Of a stretch of DNA of 64,000 nucleotides, positions 62,660 through 64,000 are shown one piece after another. The stretch lies in NCBI RefSeq assembly GCF_036321535.1, contig NC_087436.1, positions 85,066,001-85,130,000 on the forward strand, written 5' to 3'. The notes beneath the pieces are model-generated. The model was not told the DNA's origin, searched no databases, and worked only from the letters and a program-made list of their open reading frames with translations. The translations under genes and the position numbers were made by a program. The DNA is from Camelus dromedarius. Its lineage: Eukaryota. How positions within the stretch are numbered: position 1 is the stretch's first letter; each line of letters opens with the position of its first letter.

Positions 62660-64000
62660 CCCTAAATACTTATATATGTTTCTTTAAAAAGTAAGGATAT
62701 TTTCTCACATAAACTCAGTATCATTACCACATCTAACTATAAATTAATGGTAATTTATTAATGTCATATAATGCTTAGTCCATATTCAGAATTTTTCAAT
62801 TGTTTCAAAAATGCCATTTGTTATTGGTTTGTTTGAATCAGGATTCAAATGAGGTATTAACAATTGGTTGTTAGGTTTTTTTTTTTTTGGAAGGAGAGTG
62901 ACATGAGTTTATAGATCACCTTTGATTGAAAATATTTGAGCAAACTATGTGTTACACAGTTCTCCAGTTTCTTGAGAGTGCAAAATCTTCCTCAAATAAC
63001 ACATGCTTTTGTTTTAATGGAATATTTTAAACATACACAGTGGTATACAGTGTAGAATAATGAACTCCCATCAACCCATCACCCACCTTTAATAACTATT
63101 AATTCAGGATCTGTCTTGCTTCATCTATATCCTTACCCATCTACTCTCTCCTAATACTATTTGAATCATATTTCACATATCATTCATTTGTAAATATTTT
63201 AAAGTATATTTCTTAAACTAAAGACTCTGAATCTTTTAAAATTTTAGGACAGTTGACAAGGCCTTACAACCTTTTCCCTTTTTTTCATCTGTGTTGAAGA
63301 AACTAGGTCAGTTGTCTTTTGTAGAATGGTTCACATTCTGGATTTATCAGATTGCTTCTTCCTGATGTCATTTTACTAAAGCCTTTCCTGTATTAGTATA
63401 ACCTGAAAGTTTGGTCTAAAGCAGTGTTACTCAACCTTTATTTTTTTCCACTGTTGTTCACTTGAAGACATTTTTTTCTTTATTGTCTGCCCCCCAAGAC
63501 CGAAGAATAGATAAAGCATTGTGCTTTGGAGGGCAAGAAACCATTTTAATTTACTTATTTAAGATTTTTTCACCATTTGGGTGTGACATTGCTGCTGTTA
63601 AGAATATATGATACAAAGGTTTGATATATTCCAGTTTGACTCTTTCTTAAACAAGAACATTTTATAAGTAGTACTACATACTGCATATTTCATTACATCA
63701 AGAGGTGCAGAGTATCTGTCTCATTTTTGGAGATGCTAAGATCAGTTGCACTCAGTTGGTGACAACATGATCCGTTTGTGCAATTCATTGACTTTTTCTC
63801 CTAATGGTTTTAAAGTCCAGTGATGATTGTTGCCTACCTAATTATGTCATTGCTTTTGTTCTTATTAGCTAAAATACTTTGAAGGACTAGCGCCCACTGA
63901 TTAGGTCACTTTAGTTACTTTGAAATATAGTTTAACAGGACAGGTAAGAAAAATGCTTTATTAGTTACCTTTTACTTACCAATTTTTGATTAATCCTTAG
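62660..64000 (-). mobile_element. Old L1 (L1MC-like) 3' UTR fragments, antisense
   Basis: aaggatattttctcacataa; ttggtttgtttgaatcaggattcaaat; ttgaagaaactaggtcagttgtc. Confidence 0.6.

Noticed and set aside
41590..64000. CLOCK exon 2 or coding exons (bHLH-PAS)
   Set aside because: No ORF or exon resembling CLOCK protein was found; the window appears to end within intron 1.

Overview
Mammalian genomic DNA, most likely camelid, judging from two Vic-1-like tRNA-derived SINEs and camelid-type L1 3' ends. The + strand carries the complete six-exon coding sequence of the testis-restricted phosducin-like gene PDCL2 (ATG 2155 to TAG 35233; 729 nt, 242 aa; all introns GT-AG and in phase). About 5.6 kb downstream, on the same strand, lie the CpG-island promoter, two alternative non-coding first exons and roughly 22 kb of intron 1 of CLOCK. 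CLOCK is identified from my recall of the human 5' exon sequence, PDCL2-CLOCK synteny and an intron-1 RORE; no CLOCK coding exon is in the window. The rest is mostly decayed L1, L2, MIR, LTR and DNA-transposon sequence, and subfamily names are from recall, not a search. I found no evidence of a genuinely new biological system. The best observations are a tailless U2 snRNA retro-fragment with a perfect TSD, a pure (AC)90 tract beside an RFX/E2F6/CRE-type germline promoter, a CTCF motif between the two genes, a RORE plus E'-box module in CLOCK intron 1, template-switch micro-inversions and young TSD-flanked insertions.
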